In this document: positions 18,392 through 27,814 of the stretch, in pieces
Numbering within the stretch: position 1 is the stretch's first letter
Layout of the letters: each line of letters begins with the position of its first letter
IMG/VR virus record: IMGVR_UViG_3300027857_000023
Location: 1 to 53,068 of that record
DNA from: a virus
Taxonomy: Duplodnaviria > Caudoviricetes
Length of the DNA stretch: 53,068 bases
Strand: one strand, 5' to 3'
Made by a program: the position numbers and the translations under genes
The notes under the pieces: generated by a model
What the model was told of the DNA's origin: nothing
Seen by the model: only the letters and a program-made list of their open reading frames with translations
The model's database searches: none

Positions 18392-19141
18392 ATGAGTAAA
18401 AAATATCCAACACTTGGGGAGACATTTCCCCTTCCGTCTCTTGATCTTCCCACTCTTCCCGCTCTAGATGAGTTGCAAGAGGCATTAGCCGCTCTTGAAT
18501 ATGCAGAAGCTCAACTGAAAATAGCAAAACAGAAACTGACTGAAGCCGTGTTCGCACTCCCCTCAAAAATTGGCGACAATGAAGATCTGCAGGACGAGAT
18601 AGCGTCTCAATTGTACTGGCTTGATACTCGCGTAGCGGCAAGTGACGTCAAAAAAGCCTTTCGTGTTGTGGCTCCAGGGCAGGGACCTGCAAAGAATCGC
18701 AGAGTTCTCAAGAGCGCATGGGTGGAGATGTCCTGCTTGAGCTGTCAGCGGTCATTCCAGTATGAGATTACCAGTAAATATGCGCTCAGTGGCCACTCGT
18801 GGTCAAGTGCCTGTAAAGAGTGTCGGGCGAAACATGATCAGGCATACAGACAGCGGTGGGAGAGAGAGAGAGAAGCCGAAGCGCAGCGATTAGAGGTCCT
18901 GCGCACGATGCCTTATCACGAATACCTGCAAACGCCTGAATGGCACGAGCGACGCCTGAGAGCCATGAAGCGAGCAGGATTTCACTGCCAGGTCTGTAAT
19001 GCCTCTCGTGTTCGCCTCAACGTCCATCACAGAACCTATGAGCGACGCGGCGATGAATACGATAAAGACCTGATTACGCTCTGTGAGTACTGCCACGGGA
19101 TCTTCCATAAAAACGGCAAGCTGGCCAGGGAAGAGGTGTAA
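18392..19141 (+). CDS. HNH endonuclease with N-terminal Zn-finger
   Basis: YLQTPEW...CQVC...LNVHHRTY...LITLCEYCH; upstream CLSC/CKEC. Confidence 0.85.
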   Translation: MSKKYPTLGETFPLPSLDLPTLPALDELQEALAALEYAEAQLKIAKQKLTEAVFALPSKIGDNEDLQDEIASQLYWLDTRVAASDVKKAFRVVAPGQGPAKNRRVLKSAWVEMSCLSCQRSFQYEITSKYALSGHSWSSACKECRAKHDQAYRQRWEREREAEAQRLEVLRTMPYHEYLQTPEWHERRLRAMKRAGFHCQVCNASRVRLNVHHRTYERRGDEYDKDLITLCEYCHGIFHKNGKLAREEV

Positions 19142-19142
19142 C

Positions 19143-20483
19143 ATGATGGGTTATCAGGGCATAGAAGTACAAGCTATAGAACCCCCGTTTGGAGAACTCA
19201 ATCTCGGTAACATTCTTCGCCTCTTAGCTATTTGGCTCAATGAATTCGGATTTCTTACGCCAGAGGATGGGGCCGATTATGTGAAGATCCCGCGCCAGTT
19301 TATCGTAGAAACGATGCGCAAGTTGAAAGGAGCGGCAGTAAGCGTGGTGCTCTACTTGTTTGGGCATAGCTGGGCCTATGGAGAGTATGACAAGAAACTC
19401 CACCTCACATTTGACGAGTTTGTGAATGGGCGCAAAAGAGCTGATGGGACGCGGATGGACGAGGGAACAGGACTGAGTGAGAATACTATCCGCACCGCGC
19501 TCATCCAAGCTGAAGAGGTTGGTGTTATCACCTGCCATGTTGATGACCGAGACTTAGGGCGAATCGATAAATATTACGGCATTAAAACCCGTATACCCTC
19601 AGAAGAAGAGAAGAAGCAGCTAGAGGATCGCAAGACTCGTAGGACATCAGACAAAGAAAGCAGCACGCTTGCCAGGGGTTCAAAAATTGCACCCCTGGAC
19701 CTCAAAAATTGCACCCCTGGACCTCAAAAATTGGAGGCCAGAGGTTCAAAAATTGCACCTCGATCAGTAGTAATAACTAAAGAAAGAACTCTAAGCAATA
19801 ACTTAGAGGAAGTAGTTGTACCGCCTACCACATCGTCAGTGCCTAATGGAAAATCTTCTTCTCATGAACCCTCCCATTATGGCATGGGTTATGGTGGGAA
19901 TGCTCGCCCAATCCCCGCTCTCACAGAGGACGGTCAAAGGTTCTACGATTTCTATTGCCGCTTACCTGATATCACAGTGCCACCAAATCTGACTGAGAAA
20001 TTGGCCGGGGAATGCAATTCGCTTGGCATCTATGTCAAGACGTTTGAGCAGTTTCAAAGCTGGGTAGCTGTTACCAGGAAGAAATTGCCACCAAAAGCGA
20101 AGGACGATATTATCTACCCCAAGAACATGCAAAACGTGCTCAATGCCTGGATGAAAACACAGCAACCCTCGCAATCAAACGCCAGTGCTTCACCTTCGGC
20201 GCCAACTGAGCAATTGGCAAACATGACTTACGAAGAGGCGGACCAGCTCGCACGCGACGCGATAGCAAAAGGGATGGAGATGGGATACAGCTATCAAGCA
20301 GAGGCGGTCCCGTCGAAAAAGGTGGAAGGGAAGTGGCTGGTGAAAGTGACCTGGATCGACCCCTGGGGGAAGGATCTGCTTGCTAGACCGCTAAAATCAC
20401 GTGAGCAATGGCAGGCGGCCTATCAGGAAATAGACCGAGTATGGGGCGATGATCTGAAGGGAGGCGCGTCATGCAACATCTGA
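19143..20483 (+). CDS. Replication initiator (lambda O-like, wHTH)
   Basis: N-terminal KIP...TGLSENTIRTAL wHTH, internal iterons, adjacent to the DnaC-like gene. Confidence 0.8.
   Translation: MMGYQGIEVQAIEPPFGELNLGNILRLLAIWLNEFGFLTPEDGADYVKIPRQFIVETMRKLKGAAVSVVLYLFGHSWAYGEYDKKLHLTFDEFVNGRKRADGTRMDEGTGLSENTIRTALIQAEEVGVITCHVDDRDLGRIDKYYGIKTRIPSEEEKKQLEDRKTRRTSDKESSTLARGSKIAPLDLKNCTPGPQKLEARGSKIAPRSVVITKERTLSNNLEEVVVPPTTSSVPNGKSSSHEPSHYGMGYGGNARPIPALTEDGQRFYDFYCRLPDITVPPNLTEKLAGECNSLGIYVKTFEQFQSWVAVTRKKLPPKAKDDIIYPKNMQNVLNAWMKTQQPSQSNASASPSAPTEQLANMTYEEADQLARDAIAKGMEMGYSYQAEAVPSKKVEGKWLVKVTWIDPWGKDLLARPLKSREQWQAAYQEIDRVWGDDLKGGASCNI
19672..19762 (+). repeat. Origin iterons: four 22-bp-spaced tcaaaaattg(cacc) units
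   Basis: Units start at 19680, 19702, 19724 and 19746; the first two are identical over 22 bp. Confidence 0.85.
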
Positions 20484-21250
20484 GGAACCTAATACGCACC
20501 TTCGGGGTCCGAGAGTCTACCCAAACGCGTGGACTTAAGCCTGCCATCACGATAGAGCGATGCCCCTATTGCCTGGGCGCGGGATTCACGCGCAGTGATG
20601 TGCAGCCAGGTCATCCCGATTTCGGCAAGCCGGTCAAGTGCGTCTGCAAGATTGCTGAGCAGCGAGAAAAGCGGAAGCATGAGCTGGTGGAACGTTCTGG
20701 GGTGCTGAGCCTGCACCGCTTCAAAAATGCGTCGTTCGAGTCGTTTCGCACAAATGAGCCTGACGTGAGTGTGGCCTATAAGCAGGCGCGGCAATTTGCG
20801 GCCTGTCCACTCGGCTGGCTGATCATGACTGGCCCAACTGGCTGCGGGAAGACACATCTGGCGGTAGCCATCGCAAAGGCGCGACTTGTGGCAGGTGATA
20901 CCGTCCTCATGCAGACGGCGCCTGATCTCCTGGATCATCTGCGCTCCGCATACAAGAGTGATGTGGGCTTCGATGAGACCTTTCGGCAACTGCAGGAGAT
21001 TGATCTGCTCGTGTTGGACGATTACGGCGCGGAGCTGGACACCGGGTGGGCTATGGAGAAACTCTATCAGTTACTCAATCACCGCTACAACGCGAATGCG
21101 CCGACGGTGGTTACCTCTAATTGCATTGATTTGGTAGGCATTGATTATCGCGTCGCGTCCCGGTTGCGAGACCGCGATATCGCCACTCTGGTGCAAATGA
21201 GGGAGGCGCGTGATTGTCGCCCGGACGTGCGCCAGGTCGAGGGAGATTAG
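20471..21250 (+). CDS. DnaC/IstB-like AAA+ helicase loader
   Basis: CPYC...CVC, Walker A GPTGCGKT, Walker B LLVLDD, TVVTSN, SRL. Confidence 0.9.
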   Translation: MQHLRNLIRTFGVRESTQTRGLKPAITIERCPYCLGAGFTRSDVQPGHPDFGKPVKCVCKIAEQREKRKHELVERSGVLSLHRFKNASFESFRTNEPDVSVAYKQARQFAACPLGWLIMTGPTGCGKTHLAVAIAKARLVAGDTVLMQTAPDLLDHLRSAYKSDVGFDETFRQLQEIDLLVLDDYGAELDTGWAMEKLYQLLNHRYNANAPTVVTSNCIDLVGIDYRVASRLRDRDIATLVQMREARDCRPDVRQVEGD

Positions 21251-21278
21251 AGAGATAAGAAAGCGGAGTAGAAGCGTC

Positions 21279-21620
21279 ATGGGTGTTATTCGTACGCAGG
21301 AGAATTTTGACCACATTGTCAGTGAGATTATCGAGGCTGCTAGAGGTGAGTATGGGATGTTTTCCTGCCTCTTGTGCAATGAGCAATTAACCTTTCCGGT
21401 GATTTATTGGCATGGAAACTGGGGTGTAGACATTCTCCTGCATGAGCAGTGCTGTCAGGAGTTGGTCTTCAAGCTGATGCGCGATGTCTTTGAATGTATG
21501 GGTGGAATTCCTCGCCAAACTGGCTGGAAAGGCGGAGATGTAGTGTCTCGCAGCGAGATAGAACTTATAAAGCTCAGAAAAAGGATAAAGGAGCAACAAG
21601 AGTATGAGCCAGATTTTTGA
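21279..21620 (+). CDS. Hypothetical protein with CxxC/HxxC
   Basis: GGAG RBS; CLLC...HEQC. Confidence 0.55.
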   Translation: MGVIRTQENFDHIVSEIIEAARGEYGMFSCLLCNEQLTFPVIYWHGNWGVDILLHEQCCQELVFKLMRDVFECMGGIPRQTGWKGGDVVSRSEIELIKLRKRIKEQQEYEPDF

Positions 21621-21647
21621 TTATGAGGGATGGAAAGGAGAGGGAGC

Positions 21648-21893
21648 ATGAGCAAGAGGAGCAAATGGAGAGCGCTCAGAGACCTGAGACCTGGCGCTGT
21701 TTTTGTCACGCTCAAAGGGGTCTATGCGGTCAGATCGGAATATTACAACGCTGGGGGTCCGCCATTCCAGCCCCAGTGCATCTTGCTCGCCAGTGGTGAA
21801 TATGCTCATTTCGCGGAGGGCGAAAACACACAGGTGCGCGAAGTGCAGGTGGAAGGCTTCAGCATGGAAGATGAAGAAGGAGAGGGAGCATGA
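21648..21893 (+). CDS. Hypothetical protein
   Basis: GGAG RBS. Confidence 0.55.
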   Translation: MSKRSKWRALRDLRPGAVFVTLKGVYAVRSEYYNAGGPPFQPQCILLASGEYAHFAEGENTQVREVQVEGFSMEDEEGEGA

Positions 21894-22219
21894 AAGTAGT
21901 GGGATGGATCGTCACTGTGGTGATTGGGATTGTGTTGAGTTCGGCCTGGATGGGGTATGTCCTCTCCATTTTGTGGGAGTGGTTTATCAGCCCGATCTTC
22001 CATATCGGGACCATTACGATCCCGTTGGCGATAGGGCTCTCGCTGGTCGTACGTATGCTGACGACTTCAGGGTATCAAGAGTCGGATGAGAAGCAGAAGG
22101 GCAGCACGCAGCAACTTCTCAGTTCTTGTGTGTATGTGTTTCTCTCTCTCCCCTGTTTGCGCTGCTTATTGGCGCGATTGTTCACGCTTTTGTGTAGGAA
22201 GGGAATGGAGCATGAGTGA
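21890..22219 (+). CDS. Membrane protein, probably frameshifted at (TC)5 22141-22150
   Basis: Two TM helices; removing one TC unit restores a third helix FLSPLFALLIGAIVHAFV ending at TAG 22197. Confidence 0.55.
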   Translation: MKVVGWIVTVVIGIVLSSAWMGYVLSILWEWFISPIFHIGTITIPLAIGLSLVVRMLTTSGYQESDEKQKGSTQQLLSSCVYVFLSLPCLRCLLARLFTLLCRKGMEHE

Positions 22220-22424
22220 GACGCCGATGAACGTAGCGGTCTGTGTTTCGTGGAAGACGGATGTGATGCCAGTACCGAGCTTCTTCTACTACCACAAAGG
22301 CTGCTACGACCTGGGAACCGCACGCTTGTCAAATCAGAGCGTGCGTGAGTTTCCGGCTCGCGATATATCGGTGAGCGCCTGTTGTGCATGGTGTCGCAAG
22401 AAGATCAGAGAAGATAGGGCATGA
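22212..22424 (+). CDS. Small Cys-rich protein
   Basis: GGAG RBS; HKGC...CAWC. Confidence 0.5.
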   Translation: MSETPMNVAVCVSWKTDVMPVPSFFYYHKGCYDLGTARLSNQSVREFPARDISVSACCAWCRKKIREDRA

Positions 22425-22702
22425 ATGATGATATCAAACGGTATCAGTATCTGCGTCCATCGCTGGTGCTGAGTCCGTCAGGCAAAGCCATCACCAGGCT
22501 TGTGGGCGACAAGGTGTGTGTCGTGCGATTGCTGGAAACACCAGCGTGGACTCGATACTACTATGCCGTCATTGATCTGATGACGGGAGAGGCGGCCGAG
22601 GGCCACGAATACAACCTTGCAGTGTTGCAAAGAGCCTTCGAGAACAGTGGGCTTGCCATTACGCCCTATCAGCGTATCTGGTCAGCGCTGGAATGGTGGT
22701 AG
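22421..22702 (+). CDS. Hypothetical protein
   Basis: ATGA overlap. Confidence 0.5.
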   Translation: MNDDIKRYQYLRPSLVLSPSGKAITRLVGDKVCVVRLLETPAWTRYYYAVIDLMTGEAAEGHEYNLAVLQRAFENSGLAITPYQRIWSALEWW

Positions 22703-22811
22703 CGAAGTAACAAGCAGCAAAGACGCCTGGCACGTCACACGCCAGGCGCGCACCTCGCAGCATGAGCGGCGAGATGTGGGAATTGTAAAGCATGAGAAAG
22801 GAACGTACAAC

Positions 22812-23135
22812 TTGAACATTGTACCTTACTCGTTTCGGGGAATCAGGGAATACCCCCGAACGCAACAGCAGCCCGAGACGCCTGGGCAGAATAACGGCGT
22901 CTACATTATGGTCCACCCCGATCATCTAGGGTCCACTCTTGAGATGATCACCGGATGGTTCGCCGGGCGCGATGAGATTGATCTGGTCTGTTCAGGCATC
23001 TCTGACAAGCGTGGCCTGGGCTACATCATCATGGAATGGATCGAATGTGAGATTGATCAGCTCTTCCTGGCTATCTTGCGTGATGAGGAACTTGTAGCAG
23101 ACTACACCACCTATACGCACGAATTGGAGGATTAA
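22812..23135 (+). CDS. Hypothetical protein, first gene of the membrane/ATPase module
   Basis: GAAAGGA RBS before TTG 22812. Confidence 0.55.
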   Translation: MNIVPYSFRGIREYPRTQQQPETPGQNNGVYIMVHPDHLGSTLEMITGWFAGRDEIDLVCSGISDKRGLGYIIMEWIECEIDQLFLAILRDEELVADYTTYTHELED

Positions 23136-23136
23136 C

Positions 23137-23655
23137 ATGGCAAGGATGTCACAAGTTCGGGGCGTCATCTCTCATGTTGCGGCCAACGGGGGCAATGTCC
23201 CTTTGCTCAGGCTGATACTAGGCGTCGTCCTGGTCGTCTTCTTCCTTCTCGCGCTCATGCTCCAGGTGCAAACCAGCGAGGCTTTTATGCTGGCTGGATC
23301 TCCTGTTGGGCTAGCGCCTGATTGGGGCATCCTGCGTCAGCCATACGATCTGCTGCATGGAACGCTCCAGATGGATATGAGTAAGGCAGTCATGTGGGGA
23401 TGGGGTATTGAGTTGGTCTATCTCGTCTGCGTGGTTGGTGAAGTGGCCGTGTCGCGATGGCAGGGCTGGTTTAAGACCGGGGCAATCATCCTGGTCGGCT
23501 TCAATTTCTGGACGGATCTCAATTATGGGGCCTTACCGAGTGGGTTCGGTGGCCAGCTCGCCTTTGCGGGCATTACCTCCTTTATCGTTGCTTTTTTTGG
23601 TGTGGTTGGGCTGGGCCTCATTTGGGGCGCTATCACTGAGATGTCCGGTCACTAG
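23137..23655 (+). CDS. Four-TM membrane protein
   Basis: Four hydrophobic segments; GGAGG RBS. Confidence 0.75.
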   Translation: MARMSQVRGVISHVAANGGNVPLLRLILGVVLVVFFLLALMLQVQTSEAFMLAGSPVGLAPDWGILRQPYDLLHGTLQMDMSKAVMWGWGIELVYLVCVVGEVAVSRWQGWFKTGAIILVGFNFWTDLNYGALPSGFGGQLAFAGITSFIVAFFGVVGLGLIWGAITEMSGH

Positions 23656-23668
23656 AAAGGAGACCCAG

Positions 23669-25222
23669 ATGAGCGAAGAGATGAAAGAGAAAAAATACCC
23701 CATGCAACAATCTGCGGCCTTCGCAGGGAGCACATTCGTGACGATGGGACTGTTTGATCTGTTGGCTCATCTGGGGCCAACAGGGCTCTTTGTGGGTGGG
23801 CTAGCGTCGTATGTGGCGTGGAAGCATGGACCAGAGTTGTACGAGCAGGTGAGGGGTATGTTTCCCACCTCTGAGTATCAGGAGGAAGAAGGCCCGGTCT
23901 ATGAGCCTCAGAAGGTACAGCCCAAAGGTCGGAGCTTTTGGGATCGAGCGCTGGGGATTCATCCAGATGATGATGGCGATGAGGAGATGACGCCTGATCT
24001 GGGGCGGGCAGTCGATGAGTCCAGATTGCGACGGATGCACAAAGATTGCTTGTTCCTGGGTCTGCTGCTCTGGCCTCACGCCAATGATCTTTTGAGCAAT
24101 CGTATCACTATTCTGGGCCAGCCAGGCGCGGGCAAGAGTAACACGGTCGCCGTGGTGTGTGAGGAGCTGGCCCGCTATGATGCTCCTTTGATCGTCTTTG
24201 ACACGAAGCCTGAGTATGCGGTGCTGTGCGCTCAACCCTACTTCAGCAATCCGAAGCTGGCCAGCGTAGAGAATGTTACTCCGCAAACAGCTTTCACCTT
24301 CGGCAAACAGATGATGGATGAGCGGTGGCAGGTCGTCCTCGATCTCACGTCCTACAAGAACGATACGACTGCGGCGAAAGTCATGATCAACATTCTGGCG
24401 GGCATTTGGGAATGGGAGGCGTCTCTGGCGAATGAGGACCGGCTCCCATGCGCAATTATCCTGGACGAGGCTCATACATGGCTGCCACAAAATGCAGCCA
24501 TGAGCCGTGTGAGTCGGCAAGAGGGCAGAGATGGTGAGCCTTCCATCTTTACCTGTTTGCAGCAGTCCTTCTTCAGCCTGGTCACTGGGGGACGCAGTAT
24601 GGGTATGGGGTGCATCATCTCGACGCAGCGACCAGCCGACGTTGATAAGCGGGCCATTGCTGTTGCTGAGTGGCGCATCCTGCTTAAGGCAGATATGCCT
24701 AATGATTTGGCGGTGTATCAGAAGCTGGGTATGGACCCGAAAGTGGCGTCAGGGTTGGCGAAGGGTGAGGCATATGTGCGAGGCCCTGGTGGGGTAGCAG
24801 GCATTTACCAGTTACGGCAGCGCAAGAGTCCAGACGACGCAAAAACCCCGGGGCTTTCTGCCCTGCAGCGAAAACGAGCCACTTCGGTTTCCACTTCGCA
24901 AGCAGGCATTATTCCCACTTCGGATGTACCAGAGCAAGCTCAACAAGACGAAGTGGACCGAAAGAGCCTGCGAAGAGAGCCGAAGGAGTCCGAAGTGGGG
25001 ATGCCACTTCGCCATCTTTCTGAGCTTGAAAGGCAGGTGGGAGTGATGTTCTTTGAACAGAGTATGAAGCTGACAGAAATCATGAGAGAGATGTATCCAG
25101 AGGTCAAAGGTGGCGATGCCTACCAACGGGCGACCAGTGAAGTACAGGAAGCGATCAGGCGATATGCGGCGGCGGTGCGGCATGCGGCCGTTCAATCTGT
25201 GAGACAAGAGGAGAATGCATAG
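23669..25222 (+). CDS. Membrane-anchored HerA/FtsK-superfamily P-loop ATPase (DUF87-like) with C-terminal HTH-like tail
   Basis: N-terminal TM hairpin, Walker A GQPGAGKS, IVFDTKPEY, Walker B IILDEAH, GRSMG...STQRP. Confidence 0.85.
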   Translation: MSEEMKEKKYPMQQSAAFAGSTFVTMGLFDLLAHLGPTGLFVGGLASYVAWKHGPELYEQVRGMFPTSEYQEEEGPVYEPQKVQPKGRSFWDRALGIHPDDDGDEEMTPDLGRAVDESRLRRMHKDCLFLGLLLWPHANDLLSNRITILGQPGAGKSNTVAVVCEELARYDAPLIVFDTKPEYAVLCAQPYFSNPKLASVENVTPQTAFTFGKQMMDERWQVVLDLTSYKNDTTAAKVMINILAGIWEWEASLANEDRLPCAIILDEAHTWLPQNAAMSRVSRQEGRDGEPSIFTCLQQSFFSLVTGGRSMGMGCIISTQRPADVDKRAIAVAEWRILLKADMPNDLAVYQKLGMDPKVASGLAKGEAYVRGPGGVAGIYQLRQRKSPDDAKTPGLSALQRKRATSVSTSQAGIIPTSDVPEQAQQDEVDRKSLRREPKESEVGMPLRHLSELERQVGVMFFEQSMKLTEIMREMYPEVKGGDAYQRATSEVQEAIRRYAAAVRHAAVQSVRQEENA

Positions 25223-26099
25223 TATGACAACAACGCAGCAAAAAGAGTCCACCAGATGGGAGGGGTTTGTCTCTCTGAATTGGTATGATGGCCTGATTTC
25301 GTTTCTCTTTCGATTTGTGAGCAAGACAGCAGAGCCCCTGCTGGCGGTGGGTGTCATCGTGAGTGCAGCAGACTTCCTGCTCAAGGGCCAGCTCATGGCG
25401 CACAATCCAGGGCTGGCCACCTCCTGGGCATGGACGCAGGCATTAGCGATTGAGGCCTCGACGGGGCCGGTATTGGTGTTTGGCCTCTCTGCATTTGCAG
25501 GGAAGGACATGATCAAAGGATGGCTCTATGCAGTCCTGGCGGCTCTGCTCTTCGTGGTCGGCGGCGCGATGCTGCTGCTGCAGATGGGAGCGTCAGTAAC
25601 TGGCGCGGTGGAAACATCCGTTCCTGGCTTCGTGCTGTGGTCACTCTTTGTGCTACGTGTGATCGTCAGCGGTGGCATGGTGGCGCTAAGTTGCACGAAG
25701 CATATGCGGTTTAGTGGATTGTTCGCTGAGCAACCCGTGGCACAAGTATCACTTTCTGATGAGAAGATGCAGCTCATCCTGGCAAAACTGGCAAAGTTGG
25801 ACGAGATGGAAAAAACGTTGCAAGCAACCATTGTTACCCCTCTACAAGAATCGCCAACTCTTGCCTTGCCCTCGCCGGATGCTGAAATTTTAGAGTCTCT
25901 CAGTGAAGATGGGGAGGAGAACAGGGGTTTACCAAGCGAACAGAAAGAAGGTGTACCAAACGAGCAGAGTTATGGTGATCAAATCGAGGCCCTCTACAAA
26001 GAGAATCCGAAGATCACGGCAGTAGAAGTTGAAAAGAAAATTGGATGTAGCAGGACGACAGCAGCAAACTGGCTGCGAAGAGTCAGGCCTGCAAAGTGA
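25215..26099 (+). CDS. Four-TM protein with coiled coil and C-terminal HTH (SpdB/DUF2637-like architecture)
   Basis: Hydrophobic N-terminal half; C-terminal ITAVEVEKKIGCSRTTAANWL. Confidence 0.7.
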   Translation: MHSMTTTQQKESTRWEGFVSLNWYDGLISFLFRFVSKTAEPLLAVGVIVSAADFLLKGQLMAHNPGLATSWAWTQALAIEASTGPVLVFGLSAFAGKDMIKGWLYAVLAALLFVVGGAMLLLQMGASVTGAVETSVPGFVLWSLFVLRVIVSGGMVALSCTKHMRFSGLFAEQPVAQVSLSDEKMQLILAKLAKLDEMEKTLQATIVTPLQESPTLALPSPDAEILESLSEDGEENRGLPSEQKEGVPNEQSYGDQIEALYKENPKITAVEVEKKIGCSRTTAANWLRRVRPAK

Positions 26100-26120
26100 G
26101 TGATAGAAAGGAAACAAGCA

Positions 26121-26213
26121 ATGAATGACGTATGGGTCAGCCTTCTCGGAGTTGGGATCATCCTGGAGGCGATAGGGATTTTCTGGCTAGCCAGATTTTT
26201 GAGAAGGAAATGA
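26121..26213 (+). CDS. 30-aa single-TM peptide (not in ORF track)
   Basis: GAAAGGA RBS; MNDVWVSLLGVGIILEAIGIFWLARFLRRK. Confidence 0.6.
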   Translation: MNDVWVSLLGVGIILEAIGIFWLARFLRRK

Positions 26214-26244
26214 GCGATTGCGCTCATTTTGAAAGGAATCACAC

Positions 26245-26412
26245 ATGTTGATACTCAGTAGAAAAATCGGGGAAAGGATTGTGATTGCAGGCAATATCAC
26301 GATTGCTGTCCTCGATATCAAAGGCGATCGGGTGAAGGTTGGTATTACAGCACCTCTCGAAGTATCTGCTAATCGAGAGGAAGTGCAGAAGAGAGAGGAG
26401 GCACGGAAATGA
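26245..26412 (+). CDS. csrA: CsrA/RsmA carbon storage regulator (55 aa, not in ORF track)
   Basis: MLILSRKIGERIVIAGNITIAVLDIKGDRVKVGITAPLEVSANREEV matches the CsrA pattern, including the REE arginine; GAAAGGA RBS. Confidence 0.9.
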   Translation: MLILSRKIGERIVIAGNITIAVLDIKGDRVKVGITAPLEVSANREEVQKREEARK

Positions 26413-26723
26413 ACACGGCATCAGATTATCAGGTGAGGAACATGGAAACTGGACTACTTTTAATTGAGGACGACAACCAACTGTTTTTGATTATTCCAGG
26501 GAAGGGCCGTATTGCTCTTCCGCCTGGTGCAGCCATGGAGATACGCCTGGGTGGTTATTGGATTGCCGGGCACTATTGGCCTGACCTGGATGAGCAGGAT
26601 AGACCGGTAGGCCAGCACGACTTCAAGGACATGGAGGAAGCATCATTCTGTGGTCTGACCTCAGGGATGAAAGCCCGCATTGATCACGAAACAAGAAAGG
26701 AAGCAAGCAATGTTCATGAGTAG
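26409..26723 (+). CDS. Hypothetical protein (DUF5348-like)
   Basis: LPPGAAMEIRLGGYWIAG...LTSGMKARI. Confidence 0.55.
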   Translation: MNTASDYQVRNMETGLLLIEDDNQLFLIIPGKGRIALPPGAAMEIRLGGYWIAGHYWPDLDEQDRPVGQHDFKDMEEASFCGLTSGMKARIDHETRKEASNVHE

Positions 26724-26886
26724 TATCCAGAGTTGGGTAGAAGCAACGTCGGATCAACAAGAGGTCATCATTTCCGATGATGACCTGATCTCGATCACGT
26801 CCACGATGGCTGACGGTCAATCGGGGATGCTGAGTCTGTCATCGGGCTTAGCAGTGGAAGAGGAAACGAAAGAAGGGAGCAACTAA
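26710..26886 (+). CDS. Hypothetical acidic protein
   Basis: AAAGGA RBS. Confidence 0.45.
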   Translation: MFMSSIQSWVEATSDQQEVIISDDDLISITSTMADGQSGMLSLSSGLAVEEETKEGSN

Positions 26887-27152
26887 TGGAAAAAGATACA
26901 TCACCAGTGTTCGGGCGAGCGCCCAGGCTCAGGAAGATCGTCACGATCAAGCAGGTGAACGAATTCGCGCCATCGATGGATGTCACAGCCGTCTACCTGT
27001 CAGACGAGCTACCAGAGTGGTTTGCGCCGCTACAGTCAATCGTGGAGGATGAGGGGTTTAGTAGTAGGGGCTCTATAGTAATCACGCTGGGGTCTGATGA
27101 TGGTACTGGCGGGAAGGTGGTCTATAACATTACGGCGAAGAGGGAGGACTGA
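26886..27152 (+). CDS. Hypothetical protein
   Basis: TAATG overlap. Confidence 0.55.
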   Translation: MEKDTSPVFGRAPRLRKIVTIKQVNEFAPSMDVTAVYLSDELPEWFAPLQSIVEDEGFSSRGSIVITLGSDDGTGGKVVYNITAKRED

Positions 27153-27153
27153 G

Positions 27154-27402
27154 ATGCAACTCCTTGAGCGCAACACGGAACTGACCCAGCGCCAAATCGA
27201 AATTCTCTGCCGAGTCGCCCAGGGTCTCAATAATGCAGAAATTGGTGATCGCCTGTGCGTGCATGAGGGCACGGTGTCCAACCATGTGCACGTGATTATG
27301 AACAAGCTCGGTCTCTTTAGGAGAGTTCATCTTGTCATTCACGCGCTGAAAGAGGGACTCATATCATTGGATGAAATTGAATTGGAGTATTGGATTGATT
27401 AA
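27154..27402 (+). CDS. Stand-alone LuxR/GerE HTH regulator
   Basis: LTQRQIEILCRVAQGLNNAEIGDRLCVHEGTVSNHVHVIMNKLG. Confidence 0.9.
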   Translation: MQLLERNTELTQRQIEILCRVAQGLNNAEIGDRLCVHEGTVSNHVHVIMNKLGLFRRVHLVIHALKEGLISLDEIELEYWID

Positions 27403-27814
27403 TGCATGGTTGTGCCTGGTGGGGACGATGCTCCTGCCAGGCATGGGGGTAGCCAGTGCTGTCCTGGTCTACCTGATATTCAAAAGTCCGTCAGAGATTG
27501 AGAGGACGACGAGCTATCACGTGGGCGACTTAGTAATGATCACCTATCAAGGGCAGAAGAGGACGCAGGGCAGGATCGGTGAGATTACCCCGCTTTCGCC
27601 TGGGCAATTGCCTCTGGCACGAATCGCCACTATCGGAGTCAAGTTTGATAGGCAGGGCAATATCTATCGTGACAACGTGAAAATGCCCCTCTGGCAAATC
27701 AAAGGGCGAGTGACGAGGCGTTTCAGCGCGAATGTGCATGATACCGCATATCATCTTGCCCTGGAACAGGAGTGGCTCTTGTATGGGCCGCCACGGAAGG
27801 AGCGTGTAGGGTGA
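27371..27814 (+). CDS. Membrane-anchored hypothetical protein
   Basis: N-terminal hydrophobic helix; start uncertain. Confidence 0.5.
   Translation: MKLNWSIGLINAWLCLVGTMLLPGMGVASAVLVYLIFKSPSEIERTTSYHVGDLVMITYQGQKRTQGRIGEITPLSPGQLPLARIATIGVKFDRQGNIYRDNVKMPLWQIKGRVTRRFSANVHDTAYHLALEQEWLLYGPPRKERVG

Noticed and set aside
19680-19762. CRISPR-like array
   Set aside because: The repeats are tandem without unique spacers and lie inside a replication gene; no cas genes are present.
23669-25222. HerA-type anti-phage defence system or packaging ATPase
   Set aside because: No SIR2 or nuclease partner is adjacent, the neighbours are membrane proteins, and a terminase exists elsewhere. Not fully excluded.
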